From Heptranchias perlo (taxonomy: Eukaryota), in the NCBI RefSeq assembly GCF_035084215.1, contig NC_090352.1, forward strand, positions 38,440,001 to 38,504,000: a stretch of DNA of 64,000 nucleotides, written 5' to 3'. Under the pieces are notes generated by a model. It worked only from the letters and a program-made list of their open reading frames with translations, was not told the DNA's origin and did no database searches. Of the stretch, positions 46,480 to 56,693 are shown piece after piece. How positions within the stretch are numbered: the stretch's first letter is position 1; each line of letters starts with the position of its first letter. The position numbers and the translations under genes are program-made.

Positions 46480-46965
46480 CCCGTACCCCAGTAAGAGTCA
46501 GTGTGTGTGGGACCCGTACCCCAGTGAGAGTCAGTGTCTGTGGGACCCGTACCCCAGTGAGAGTCAGTGTCTGTGGGACCCGTACCCCAGTGAGAGTCAG
46601 TGTCTGTGGGACCCGTACCCCAGTGAGAGTCAGTGTCTGTGGGACCCGTACCACAGTGAGAGTCAGTGTCTGTGGGACCCGTACCCCAGTGAGAGTCAGT
46701 GTCTGTGGGACCTGTACCCCAGTGAGAGTCAGTGTCTGTGGGACCCGTACCCCAGTGAGAGTCAGTGTCTGTGGGACCCGTACCCCAGTGAGAGTCAGTG
46801 TCTGTGGGACCCGTACCCCAGTGAGAGTCAGTGTCTGTGGGACCCGTACCCCAGTGAGAGTCAGTGTCTGTGGGACCCGTACCCCAGTGAGAGTCAGTGT
46901 CTGTGGGACCCGTACCCCAGTGAGAGTCAGTGTCTGTGGGACCCGTACCCCAGTGAGAGTCAGCA
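46480..46965. repeat. 33-bp minisatellite CCCGTACCCCAGTGAGAGTCAGTGTCTGTGGGA
   Basis: About 14 near-perfect copies. Confidence 0.96.
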
Positions 46966-47238
46966 CCTTGAGGAGGGGCGGAGAGAAGTTTAATAAAGGA
47001 CATAAGACAGATACAGGTTCCACACCGCACAGACTCGTCTTTCCAGATTCATTTATTTTCTACTGAGTCCCACCAGCAAAATGGAGGGGTGAGTGCTGCA
47101 ATCTCCAGCAGGATTCTCACGCTCTGAATTACAAATTCATCATCCCCTTTTGATTCCCCGATCCCTGGATTCGAACTTCCCAGCAAATCAGCTGCAGTTC
47201 AATCCGACGCATAAGAAGCAGCAGGACACGGTCTCCCC

Positions 47239-47510
47239 TCAGATAGGGGCCCTCAACCTGGGCTCCAGGAGCTGACCCCACACCGCGTTATAGGGGTGAA
47301 CCAGGCTTGTGGGCTGGTTCGTGCCGTCCACAATGGGCTTCCTCTCGTTGGCCCACTTCACCAGACCCCCCTCCAGGTTGTAAACCTTCAGCGACCCGTC
47401 CTGTTTCTGCCCGGGATCCCGCGTTAAAAAGTTGCTGAGATTCTGCGCCATTTCTGAGCCGTGATATCCAGCCGTACAGTAACAAACGACCGTCTTATCC
47501 TTCGAACAAT
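47239..47510 (-). CDS. Rhodanese paralog B exon 3
   Basis: DCSKDKTVVCYCTAGYHGSEMAQ...LRAPI*. Confidence 0.9.
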
Positions 47511-50500
47511 CTGCAACAGACAGCACCGTCAGAACAAGAAACCAGAATACTAACAAGATTAAAAGACCCCAGTCAATGTCCCAGGGTATTACAGACGGGG
47601 AGTCCAGTGAAGTGGGGTTAGAGGGCAAGGGGATAATTAGACCGGGGGCGACCGACGGAATTCAGTCCCTATTTTAAAGTCAAACATTCAGTCCTTATGT
47701 ATTTAGTTCACAAATCATTGAAGGTGGCAGGGCAGGTGGAGAAAGCGGTTAAAAAAGCATACGGGATCCTGGGCTTTATAAATAGAGGCATAGAGTACAA
47801 AAGCAAGGAAGTCATGATGAACCTTTATAAAACACTGGTTCTGCCACAACTGGAATATTGTGTCCAGTTCTGGGCACCGCACTTTAGGAAAGATGTGAAG
47901 GCCTTAGAGAGGGTGCAGAAGAGATTTACTAGAATGATTCCAGGGATGAGGGACTTCAGTTACGTGGATAGACTGGAAAAGCTGGGGTTGTTCTCCTTGG
48001 AACAGAGAAGGTTGAGAGGAGGTTTGATCAAGGTATTCAAAATCATGAAGGGTCTAGACAGAGTAGATAGAGAGAAACTGTTCCCATTGGCAGAAGGGTC
48101 AAGAACCAGAGGGCATAGATTTAAGGTGATTGGCAAAAGAACCAAAGGTGACATGAGGAAAAACTTTTTTACACAGCAAGTGGTTAGGATCTGGAATGCA
48201 CTGCCTGAGGGGGTGGTGGAGGCAGATTCAATCATGGCCTTCAAAAGGGAACTGGATAAGTACTTGAAAGTGAAAAATTTTCAGGGCTACGGGGATAGGG
48301 CGGGGGAATGGGACTAGTTGGATTGCTCTTCCATGGAGCCGGCGCGGACTAGATGGGCCGAATGGCCTCCTTCCGTGCTGTAATCTTTCTCTTTCTATAT
48401 GTTTCCTTTATAAATTCCTATGTCCACATTTATAATGGAAAAAGCCTATGTAAAATGTCACGCTGTAATTACACCCTCAAGCCAGTGGTGGTGCTGAAGT
48501 GCTTCCACTGAGGGAGGGGGAGGGTGTAATTGCACGTGAGATGTTTACATAGGAAGATTCCATTATAAATGTGACATAGGAATTTATGATGGTAAAAGTA
48601 GACAGGAATTGTGTGAAGGCCCAAGATTTTTAATGTGTTAAATACAGATGTGGAGCCATTGAACACCTGGATTTCACTGGGACCCGTTCACTGTCTGGGT
48701 TCATAACTGGCGCTGGACAGCAGTGAGTCCCATCGCTCATGGATTCACTGCCTCAGTCCCAAACATTGAATCATAGAATCATAGAAAAGTTACAGCACAG
48801 GAGGAGGCCATTCGACCCATCGAATCCATGCCGGCTCTATGCAAGAGCAATCCAGCTAGTCCCACTCCCCCGCCCTATCCCCGTAGCCCTGCAAATTTTT
48901 TCCTTTCAAGTACTTATCCAGTTCCCTTTTGAAGGCCATGATTGAATCTGCCTCCACCATCCCCTCGGGCAGTGCATTCCAGATCCCAACCACTGGATGT
49001 CCCAATTCAGATCTGCCCAGAGTCTGGGCTGTTTGTGACCCCCTCCCCCCGCCCCCAGAAGGGGTCAAGTGATTAACGAGAGCACGAGGGGAGTAGACTG
49101 TCCCTACCTGCCAGGCCCAGCTGCTTGACCACATGGTCCATGTTGGTGTTGTCTGGGTCAATGCGAACGGCTCCTTCCAGGTGACTGACCTCATATTCGG
49201 CCGGACTCCGAGCATCCTGGAACAACAGGGAGACATCGTGGTTTATGTTTCTTTGTGCACGAGGCCAGAATTGGAGGAGCGCAGAGATCTCGGAGGGTCG
49301 TAGGGCTGGAGGAGGTTACAGGGATAGGGAGGGGGCGAGGCCATGGAGGGATTTGAAAACAAGGATGAGAATTTTAAAATCGAGGTGTTCCCGGACCGGG
49401 AGCCGATGTCGGTCAGCGAGCACAGGGGGTGATGGGTGAACGGGACTCGGTGCGAGTCAGGATACGGGCAGCAGAGTTTTGGATGAGCTCAAGTTTACGG
49501 AGGGAGGCCGGGCAGGAGAGCATCGGAATAGCTGAGTCTGGAGGTGACCGTCTAAACTCGAGGGAACACAAGCCAGGGTTCACTCGATGATTACCGCCCC
49601 CACATTCCCACTGCCCGGGGCCCTCGGAAAAGGGGCCAAGTGAAGTCAGACCCCCCCCCCCTCCTCCCCCGCTCTGTCCGAGGGACTCTGGGCAACTTCA
49701 GTTAATCAGCAGAGGCCTGAAGCAGGGGCCTTTCCTGGCTCTGTTGGCCAGAGAATGGTTCACGATGTTGGGGGTAGAGACGAGCACTGATCCGAGGCCG
49801 TTGAATAACCCATGAAGCCTGGAAAGGCCCGGCTGAGGATCCCGGGGGTCGAGGACTGAAGGCCTTTGCCCCCCATCATTACCGGAGGGTTTAACCCATT
49901 TAAGATGAAGCAGTTAACCCTGCGTTAGACCAGCGGGTGAAGGGACGGGACGGGACGGGACGGGACGGCCTTCACCCACTCAGGGTTTGCCGCTGTTATC
50001 ACCAACGGCAACTTCAAGGCTTCAGTCTTTCACAATTAAATCCCAGAATTTCCCACTAGAATCAAAGTTCATTCCCCTGCCCCCTCCCCGTGTACAGATA
50101 CTCGGAGGGCGGTCTCTCCGGGGCTCCCAGGGCAGCCTTTGCTTTAATGTTTCTCCTCCCGTCTAACACCGACAACACGGGCCGCCCTCACAGCTCAGCA
50201 GGAAGCTCAGACCCCCATCTCTGGGCGATTCCACCCTTGGCCGAACAGCTGCTTCCCAATGACACCTCCCCCCCCAGAATGGCAGAGTCGGTCGGGAGTC
50301 ACTCACCACCAGCAGCACCCCCTCCCCCCCCCCCCCCAGAATGGCAGAGTCGGTCGGGAGTCACTCACCACCAGCAGCACCCCCTCCCCCCCCCCCCCCA
50401 GAATGGCAGAGTCGGTCGGGAGTCACTCACCACCAGCAGCACCCCCTCCCTCCCCCCCCCCCCCCAGAATGGCAGAGTCGGTCGGGAGTCACTCACCACC

Positions 50501-51786
50501 AGCAGCACCCCCCTCCCCCCCCCCCCCCCCAGAATGGCAGAGTCGGTCGGGAGTCACTCACCACCAGCAGCACCCCCTCCCTCCCCCCCCCCCAGAATGG
50601 CAGAGTCGGTCGGGAGTCACTCACCACCAGCAGCACCCCCTCCCCCCCCCCCCCAGAATGGCAGAGTCGGTCGGGAGTCACTCACCACCAGCAGCACCCC
50701 CTCCCCCCCCCCCCCCCCAGAATGGCAGAGTCGGTCGGGAGTCACTCACCACCAGCAGCACCCCCTCCCCCCCCCCCCCCCAGAATGGCAGAGTCGGTCG
50801 GGAGTCACTCACCACCAGCAGCACCCCCTCCCTCCCCCCCCCCCCCCCCAGAATGGCAGAGTCGGTCGGGAGTCACTCACCACCAGCAGCACCCCCTCCC
50901 CCCCCCCCCCCCCAGAATGGCAGAGTCGGTCGGGAGTCACTCACCACCAGCAGCACCCCCTCCCCCCCCCCCCCCCCAGAATGGCAGAGTCGGTCGGGAG
51001 TCACTCACCACCAGCAGCACCCCCTCCCCCCCCCCCCAGAATGGCAGAGTCGGTCGGGAGTCACTCACCACCAGCAGCACCCCCCTCCCCCCCCCCCCCA
51101 GAATGGCAGAGTCGGTCGGGAGTCACTCACCACCAGCAGCACCCCCTCCCCCCCCCCCCCCAGAATGGCAGAGTCGGTCGGGAGTCACTCACCACCAGCA
51201 GCACCCCCTCCCCCCCCCCCCCCAGAATGGCAGAGTCGGTCGGGAGTCACTCACCACCAGCAGCACCCCCTCCCCCCCCCCCCCAGAATGGCAGAGTCGG
51301 TCGGGAGTCACTCACCACCAGCAGCACCCCCTCCCGATTCTCCTTCACCAGCTGCTCCACCGCGTCTGAACAAACGTTCTCCACCGTGTGGAACCGCTGC
51401 CGGATCCACTCAGTTATCGGCTCCAACTCCCGGCCGGACACCGGCTCCGTCTCCCGGCCGGACACCGGCTCCGTCTCCCGGCCGGACACCGGCTCCGTCT
51501 CCCGGCCGGACACCGGCTCCGTCTCCCGGCCGGACACCGGCTCCGTCCCCCGGCCGGCCACCGGCTCCGTCTCCCGGCCGGCCACCGGCTCCGTCTCCCG
51601 GCCGGCCACCGGCTCCGTCTCCCGGCCGTTCACCGGCTCCATCTCCCGGCCGGACACCGGCTCCGTCTCCCGGCCGGCCACCGGCTCCGTCTCCCGGCCG
51701 TTCACCGGCTCCATCTCCCGGCCGGCCACCGGCTCCGTCTCCCGGCGGGACACCGGCTCCGTCTCCCGGCCGGCCACCGGCTCCAT
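47239..51786 (-). CDS. Rhodanese-domain protein, paralog B, 3 exons (51316-51786, 49108-49216, 47239-47510), about 283 aa including an N-terminal 8-aa repeat
   Basis: Spliced product reads ...ITEWIRQRFHTVENV...EGVLLV|DARSPAEYEVSHLEGAVRID...|...VVCYCTAGYHGS...VYNLEGGLVKWANE...VHPYNAVWGQLL. Phases are consistent; AATAAA on the minus strand at 47052-47057. The start codon is uncertain because several ATGs lie in the repeat. Confidence 0.88.
47695..48385 (+). mobile_element. CR1 LINE 3' fragment
   Basis: 206-aa C-terminal ORF2 frame ([11 protein letters not shown]...WNALPEGVV) plus tail; a similar inverted tail lies at 48770-48995. Confidence 0.92.
49108..49216 (-). CDS. Rhodanese paralog B exon 2
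   Basis: ccag|GAT GCT CGG...GCA G|gtagg; DARSPAEYEVSHLEGA matches the classic D-x-R...EY...H-x-x-GA rhodanese motif. Confidence 0.9.
50265..51335. repeat. ~60-bp minisatellite containing the exon-1 splice donor of rhodanese B
   Basis: About 17 copies of CAGAATGGCAGAGTCGGTCGGGAGTCACTCACCACCAGCAGCACCCCCT(C)n. Confidence 0.96.
51316..51786 (-). CDS. Rhodanese paralog B exon 1 (24-bp coding repeat plus domain start)
   Basis: Open frame (ETEPVSGR)n-ELEPITEWIRQRF...EGVLLV|gtgagt. Confidence 0.75.
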
Positions 51787-51795
51787 CTCCCGGTC
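51420..51795. repeat. 24-bp coding minisatellite (ETEPVSGR/EMEPVAGR)
   Basis: About 15 copies of CTCCCGGCCGGACACCGGCTCCGT with no indels. Confidence 0.95.
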
Positions 51796-52134
51796 ACTGG
51801 TTCGGTCTCTCGTTGGCTCCACAGGGACGGAGTGTGAAATATTGGGGAATCAAGCCCCTTTCCCTGGGGGGGACTCGCTCGCTGCTCTCCTCCCCGGTCT
51901 GTCGGAGATGAATGAGCCGCTCGGCTCTGCTCAATAACAGGGCCGGGAGCTCACTGCGGGCATTTCACAATAAGAGTCTGTGCTGGGTGTGTTGGGCAGG
52001 GATCAGTGGGGCCATTTCTGGGTCACTCGGCTCGACGCAGCGCCTGACTGAGAAATGTTTGTGAGAGGGGCTCGGACCCCTGTGACAGGGACCCCCACCA
52101 AAGAGTGAGGGGGCATTGAACAGGAGAGAGGCAG

Positions 52135-52545
52135 GACTTGCTTAATGTCGCACCTTTCACCATCGCAGGACGTCCCAAAGAGCTTTACAGTCAATGAGGT
52201 ACTTTTTGAAGTGTAGTCACTGTTGTAATGTGGGAAACATGGCAGCCAATTTGCGCACAGCAAGATCCCACAAACAGCAATGTGATAATGACCCAGATAA
52301 TCTGTTTTTAGTGACATTGGTTGAGGGATAAATATTGACCCCAGGACACCGGGGAGAACTCCCCCTGCTCTTCTTTGAAATAGTGGCCGTGGGATCTTTT
52401 ACATCCACCTGAGAGGGGCAGACGGGGCCTCGGCACCTCCGACAGTGCAGCACTACCTCAGTACTGCACACGAGTCTCTGGAGTGGGGGACTTGAACCCA
52501 CGACCTTGTGACTCAGAGGTGAGAGAGCGACCCACTGAGCGAAGG
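52135..52545 (-). mobile_element. tRNA-headed SINE
   Basis: Reverse-strand A and B boxes plus SINE body. Confidence 0.78.
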
Positions 52546-53914
52546 ATAACACCATCTAAAATGGGGCTCAAAGCCACACCCCCCTATTCAAAAGGTGACA
52601 GGACTACCAGCCGGCCCACAGTGGAAAGCAGAGGCCCATTATTCAACAGATTTTCATCAGCGTGACACACACCAGAACTCGGGCTGTCTCAGCTCTGCAT
52701 CAACAAACTCAGTCCTGTACCTCGGGTGTGAAGTTTCCCAAACCGATTCTGGCCTCTTGCCCATCCCCGATTTCCGTCGCTCCACCATTGGCGGCCGTGC
52801 CTTCAGCTGCCTGGGCCCTAAGCTCTGGAATTCCCTCCCTAAACCTCTCTGCCTCTCGACTCCTCCTTTAAGATGCTCCTTAAAACTACCTCTTCGACCA
52901 AGCTTTTGGTCGCCTGTCTAATATCTCCTTATGCGGCCTCGGTGTCAAATTTTGTTTGATAATCGCTCCTGTGAAGCGCCTTGGGACGTTTTACTACATT
53001 AAAGGCGCTATATAAATGGGAGTTGTTGTTGTCTCACTTCACTCTGCCTGCAGCAGAATTGCAAACCCCGCATTCTCTGACACCTTTTACAACAAACAAC
53101 AACTCCCATTTATACTGCGCTTTTAATGTAGTAAAATGTCCCGAGGGGGTTCACAGGAGCGATTATCAAACAAAATTTGACACCGAGCCACATCAGGAGA
53201 TATGGTCAAAGAGGTAGGTTTTAAGGAGCGTCTTAAAGGAGGAGAGAGAGGCGGAGGGGTTTAGGGAGGGAATTCCAGAGCTTAGGGTCTAGGTGGCTGA
53301 AGGCACGGCCGCCAATGGTGGAGCGATTAAAATCGGGATGCGCAAGAGGCCAGAATTGGAGGAGCGCAGAGATCTCGGAGGGTTGTAGGGCTGGAGGAGG
53401 TTACAGAGATAGGGAGGGGGCGAGGCCACGGAGGGGTTTGAAAACAGGGATGAGAATTTTTAAATCGAGGCGTTCCGGACCGGGAGCCGATGTAGGTCAG
53501 CGAGCAGAGGCAATGGGTAAACTTCATTTAAACTTTTACATGTTAATGAACAGACCGTCCCATCTGCTCTAACCCAGTATTAAAATTTACTCCTATTTTG
53601 AGTCCCCGTAACCATGCACGAGGCTCCATTTTCCCTGCATGGAGGATGATGCAAAGACTGCAGTATAACTAGGTCTGCTCGCCCCCTGCCCATATTTCTA
53701 AACAGGTACCAGTCTCAAACCAATCTGTATATATGGATCTAGTGCACAACCACCATACTACAGGCGTCACACTTTGAAATATTATTACAGAGAAAAGAGA
53801 AAGCCAGTCACAGATCCGCAGCCTGAAATTTCCTAGCAGTTGCAATTGCCCTCTGATTGACTACAATTCCCTGGTATTCCTTATTTACAGCAATGGCCTT
53901 AAAGCACAGGCCAA

Positions 53915-54775
53915 ACAGAAACATAGAAACATGGAAAATAGGAGCAAGAGTAGGCCATTCAGCCCTTCGGGCCTGCTCCGGCTTTCAAAATGATCATGGC
54001 TGATCATCTAACTCAGTACCCTGTTCCTGCTTTTTCCCCATATCCTTGATCCCTTTAGCATTAAGAAATATATCTATCTCCTTCTTGAATACATCTAATG
54101 ACTTGGCTCCACTGCCTTCTGTGGTAGAGAATTCCACAGGTTCACCACCCTCTGAGTGAAGAAATTTCTCTCATCTCGGTTCTAAATGGTATACCCCGTA
54201 ACTGAGACTTTGACCCCTGGTTCTGGACTCCCCAGCCATCGGGAACATCCTCCCTGTATCTAGTCTGTCTAGTCTGTTAGAATTTATATGTTTCGATGAG
54301 ATCACCTCTCATTCTTCTAAACTCGAGTGAATATAGGCCTAGTCGACCCAATCTCTCCTCATACGTCAATCCTGCCATCCCAGGAATCAGTCTGGTAAAC
54401 CTTCGTTGCACTCCCTCCATGGCAAGGACATCCTTCCTCAGATAAGGAGACCAAAACTGCACACAATACTCCAGATGTGGTCTCACCAAGGCCCTGCATA
54501 ACTGCAGTAAGACATCCTGCTCCTGTACTCAATCCTCTTGCAAAGAAGGCCAACATACCATTCACATTCCTAACTGCTTGCTGCACCTGAATGCTCGCTT
54601 TCAGCGACTGGTGTACAAGGACACCCAGGGTCTCGTTGCACCTCCCCTTTTCCCAATCTATCACCATTCAGATAATAATCTGCTTTCTGTTTTTACAACC
54701 AAAGTGGATAACCTCACATTTATCCACGTTATACTGCATCTGCCATGTTCTTGCCCACTCACCCAACTTGTCTAA
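53915..54775 (-). mobile_element. CR1 LINE 3' fragment (frameshifted)
   Basis: [35 protein letters not shown]. Confidence 0.9.
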
Positions 54776-55040
54776 ATCAAGGGTCAGAGCTAAACAGTGC
54801 AGCCTGGACTGCAGCCCGAGATACCCAGGGACAGGGAAATCAGTTAGTAGTTAGTAAAAGCACAAAGTTCCCGTAAACTAAAACGTCTCGTCCCCAAGTG
54901 AGATGGTTGTTGGTGGATTCCACTATCTGCCCCACGCTGTTTATCAGGTGCACCATTCACACTTATCACAGGTCGCCACACAGGGCCATCTCTGGGGCTT
55001 TCACACATCACAAACACAAGACTATTTTGCTCCAGACATT

Positions 55041-55046
55041 TTTATT
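55041..55046 (-). terminator. Candidate MED31 polyadenylation signal (AATAAA)
   Basis: TTTATT on the plus strand about 1.45 kb past the stop codon, in unique sequence. Confidence 0.5.
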
Positions 55047-55254
55047 GGTAGATAAGTGAGTAAATTACTCACAAACACAAATTTAAAAAAAACTACAACA
55101 GTTGTTTTACAAAACAGCCCATCTCGAACATAACTTCAACCTGAAATCCCACTCACTGTCCACTTAATTCATCAGTGTTGTCAATGGGGGATTCAGTTTA
55201 TCAAAACTAACAAAACCTATCCTGCTCCAGACAATCCCCTTCAAACTGCTCCCA

Positions 55255-55935
55255 CTGTACCCACCAGTACTGTACCCCAGTGTTATTCAGGGACAGACCT
55301 GTACCCACCAGTACTGTACCCCAGTGTTATACAAACCACCAGTACTGTACCCCAGTGTTATACAGAGACAGACCTGTACCCACCAGTACTGTACCCCAGT
55401 GTTATTCAGGGACAGACCTGTACCCACCAGTACTGTACCCCAGTGTTATTCAGGGACAGACCTGTACCCACCAGTACTGTACCCCAGTGTTATACAGTGA
55501 CAGACCTGTACCCACCAGTACTGTACCCCAGTGTTATACAGTGACAGACCTGTACCCACCAGTACTGTACCCCAGTGTTATACAGGGACAGACCTGTACC
55601 CACCAGTACTGTACCCCAGTGTTATACAGTGACAGACCTGTACCCACCAGTACTGTACCCCAGTGTTATTCAGGGACAGACCTGTACCCACCAGTACTGT
55701 ACCCCAGTGTTATACAGTGACAGACCTGTACCCACCAGTACTGTACCCCAGTGTTATACAGTGACAGACCTGTACCCACCAGTACTGTACCCCAGTGTTA
55801 TACAGGGACAGACCTGTACCCACCAGTACTGTACCCCAGTGTTATACAGTGACAGACCTGTACCCACCAGTACTGTACCCCAGTGTTATACAGTGACAGA
55901 CCTGTACCCACCAGTACTGTACCCCAGTGTTACGC
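55255..55935. repeat. 44-bp minisatellite in the putative MED31 3' UTR
   Basis: About 15 copies of CTGTACCCACCAGTACTGTACCCCAGTGTTATACAGTGACAGAC. Confidence 0.96.
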
Positions 55936-56500
55936 AGCTCTAAATGCTCTCTGCAGACACAGTCCAGGTTTGGGAGGATAGTATGGGAGTTTTTGCTGGG
56001 TCTGGTTTTCTCACACACCGACTGTTCCACTTTGCTGAAACCCTAGTGACAACACTGAATTATGCACTGCGCTCGTCTCATATACAAATCGTTTAACCCT
56101 CCGGTATCAGAAAGCGTTCCTGAGCTGCGGACTCAATAACCAAGCACGGGTCCTGCAGGTTCAGAGGGGGGATGTGTTCCATCATATTCATTTCAATTTC
56201 CGTGAGTGAATCCAGCTGAAGTTGGTGACTCTTTGTGTCCATGAGGTGACCGCACCAGTGCCACTCAATTACCGGCCAGTCCAGGCCTGGGCAGGGGCGA
56301 GGAGGCCAGCACTGATTCCAGCCTCCCCACAATCGCTGCCGTTTGGCGCTAATGTGGTCCATGAGACATAAATGCCTGGGGGTTATCCCCACCAGACGCT
56401 CCTCTATGCAGTCGGAGATAGTGTCCATTTGTTATAGTCAGGGTACGGGTAAAGCTCCCGTATTCTGACGGCAATCCCTCTTCCCCGCCGGGCGGTCCCC

Positions 56501-56693
56501 TCACTTGCTGGACGCATTGTTCTGCTGTTGCTGCTCTGCCAGTGCCTGCTGCAGCCTCACCCGTTTCCTGGAATAATGTTGCCAGTGCAGCAGCTGCTGC
56601 TCGTCGATGAACTTGGCGCACTGGGCATTGACCAGCTCCTTGCGGAAATGCTCGTACTGGAGCAGCTCGAGCATGTGGAGGCACTGAGGGTAC
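56501..56693 (-). CDS. MED31: MED31 exon 4
   Basis: [20 protein letters not shown]...NNASSK*. Confidence 0.96.

Noticed and set aside
50265-51335. CRISPR-like regular repeats (also 46480-46965 and 55255-55935)
   Set aside because: No unique spacers (units abut or are separated by homopolymers), no cas genes, and the context is eukaryotic.
50090-51937. 615, 550 and 342-aa plus-strand Pro-rich ORFs
   Set aside because: Antisense readings of the two tandem arrays; the coding signal is on the minus strand (rhodanese B).
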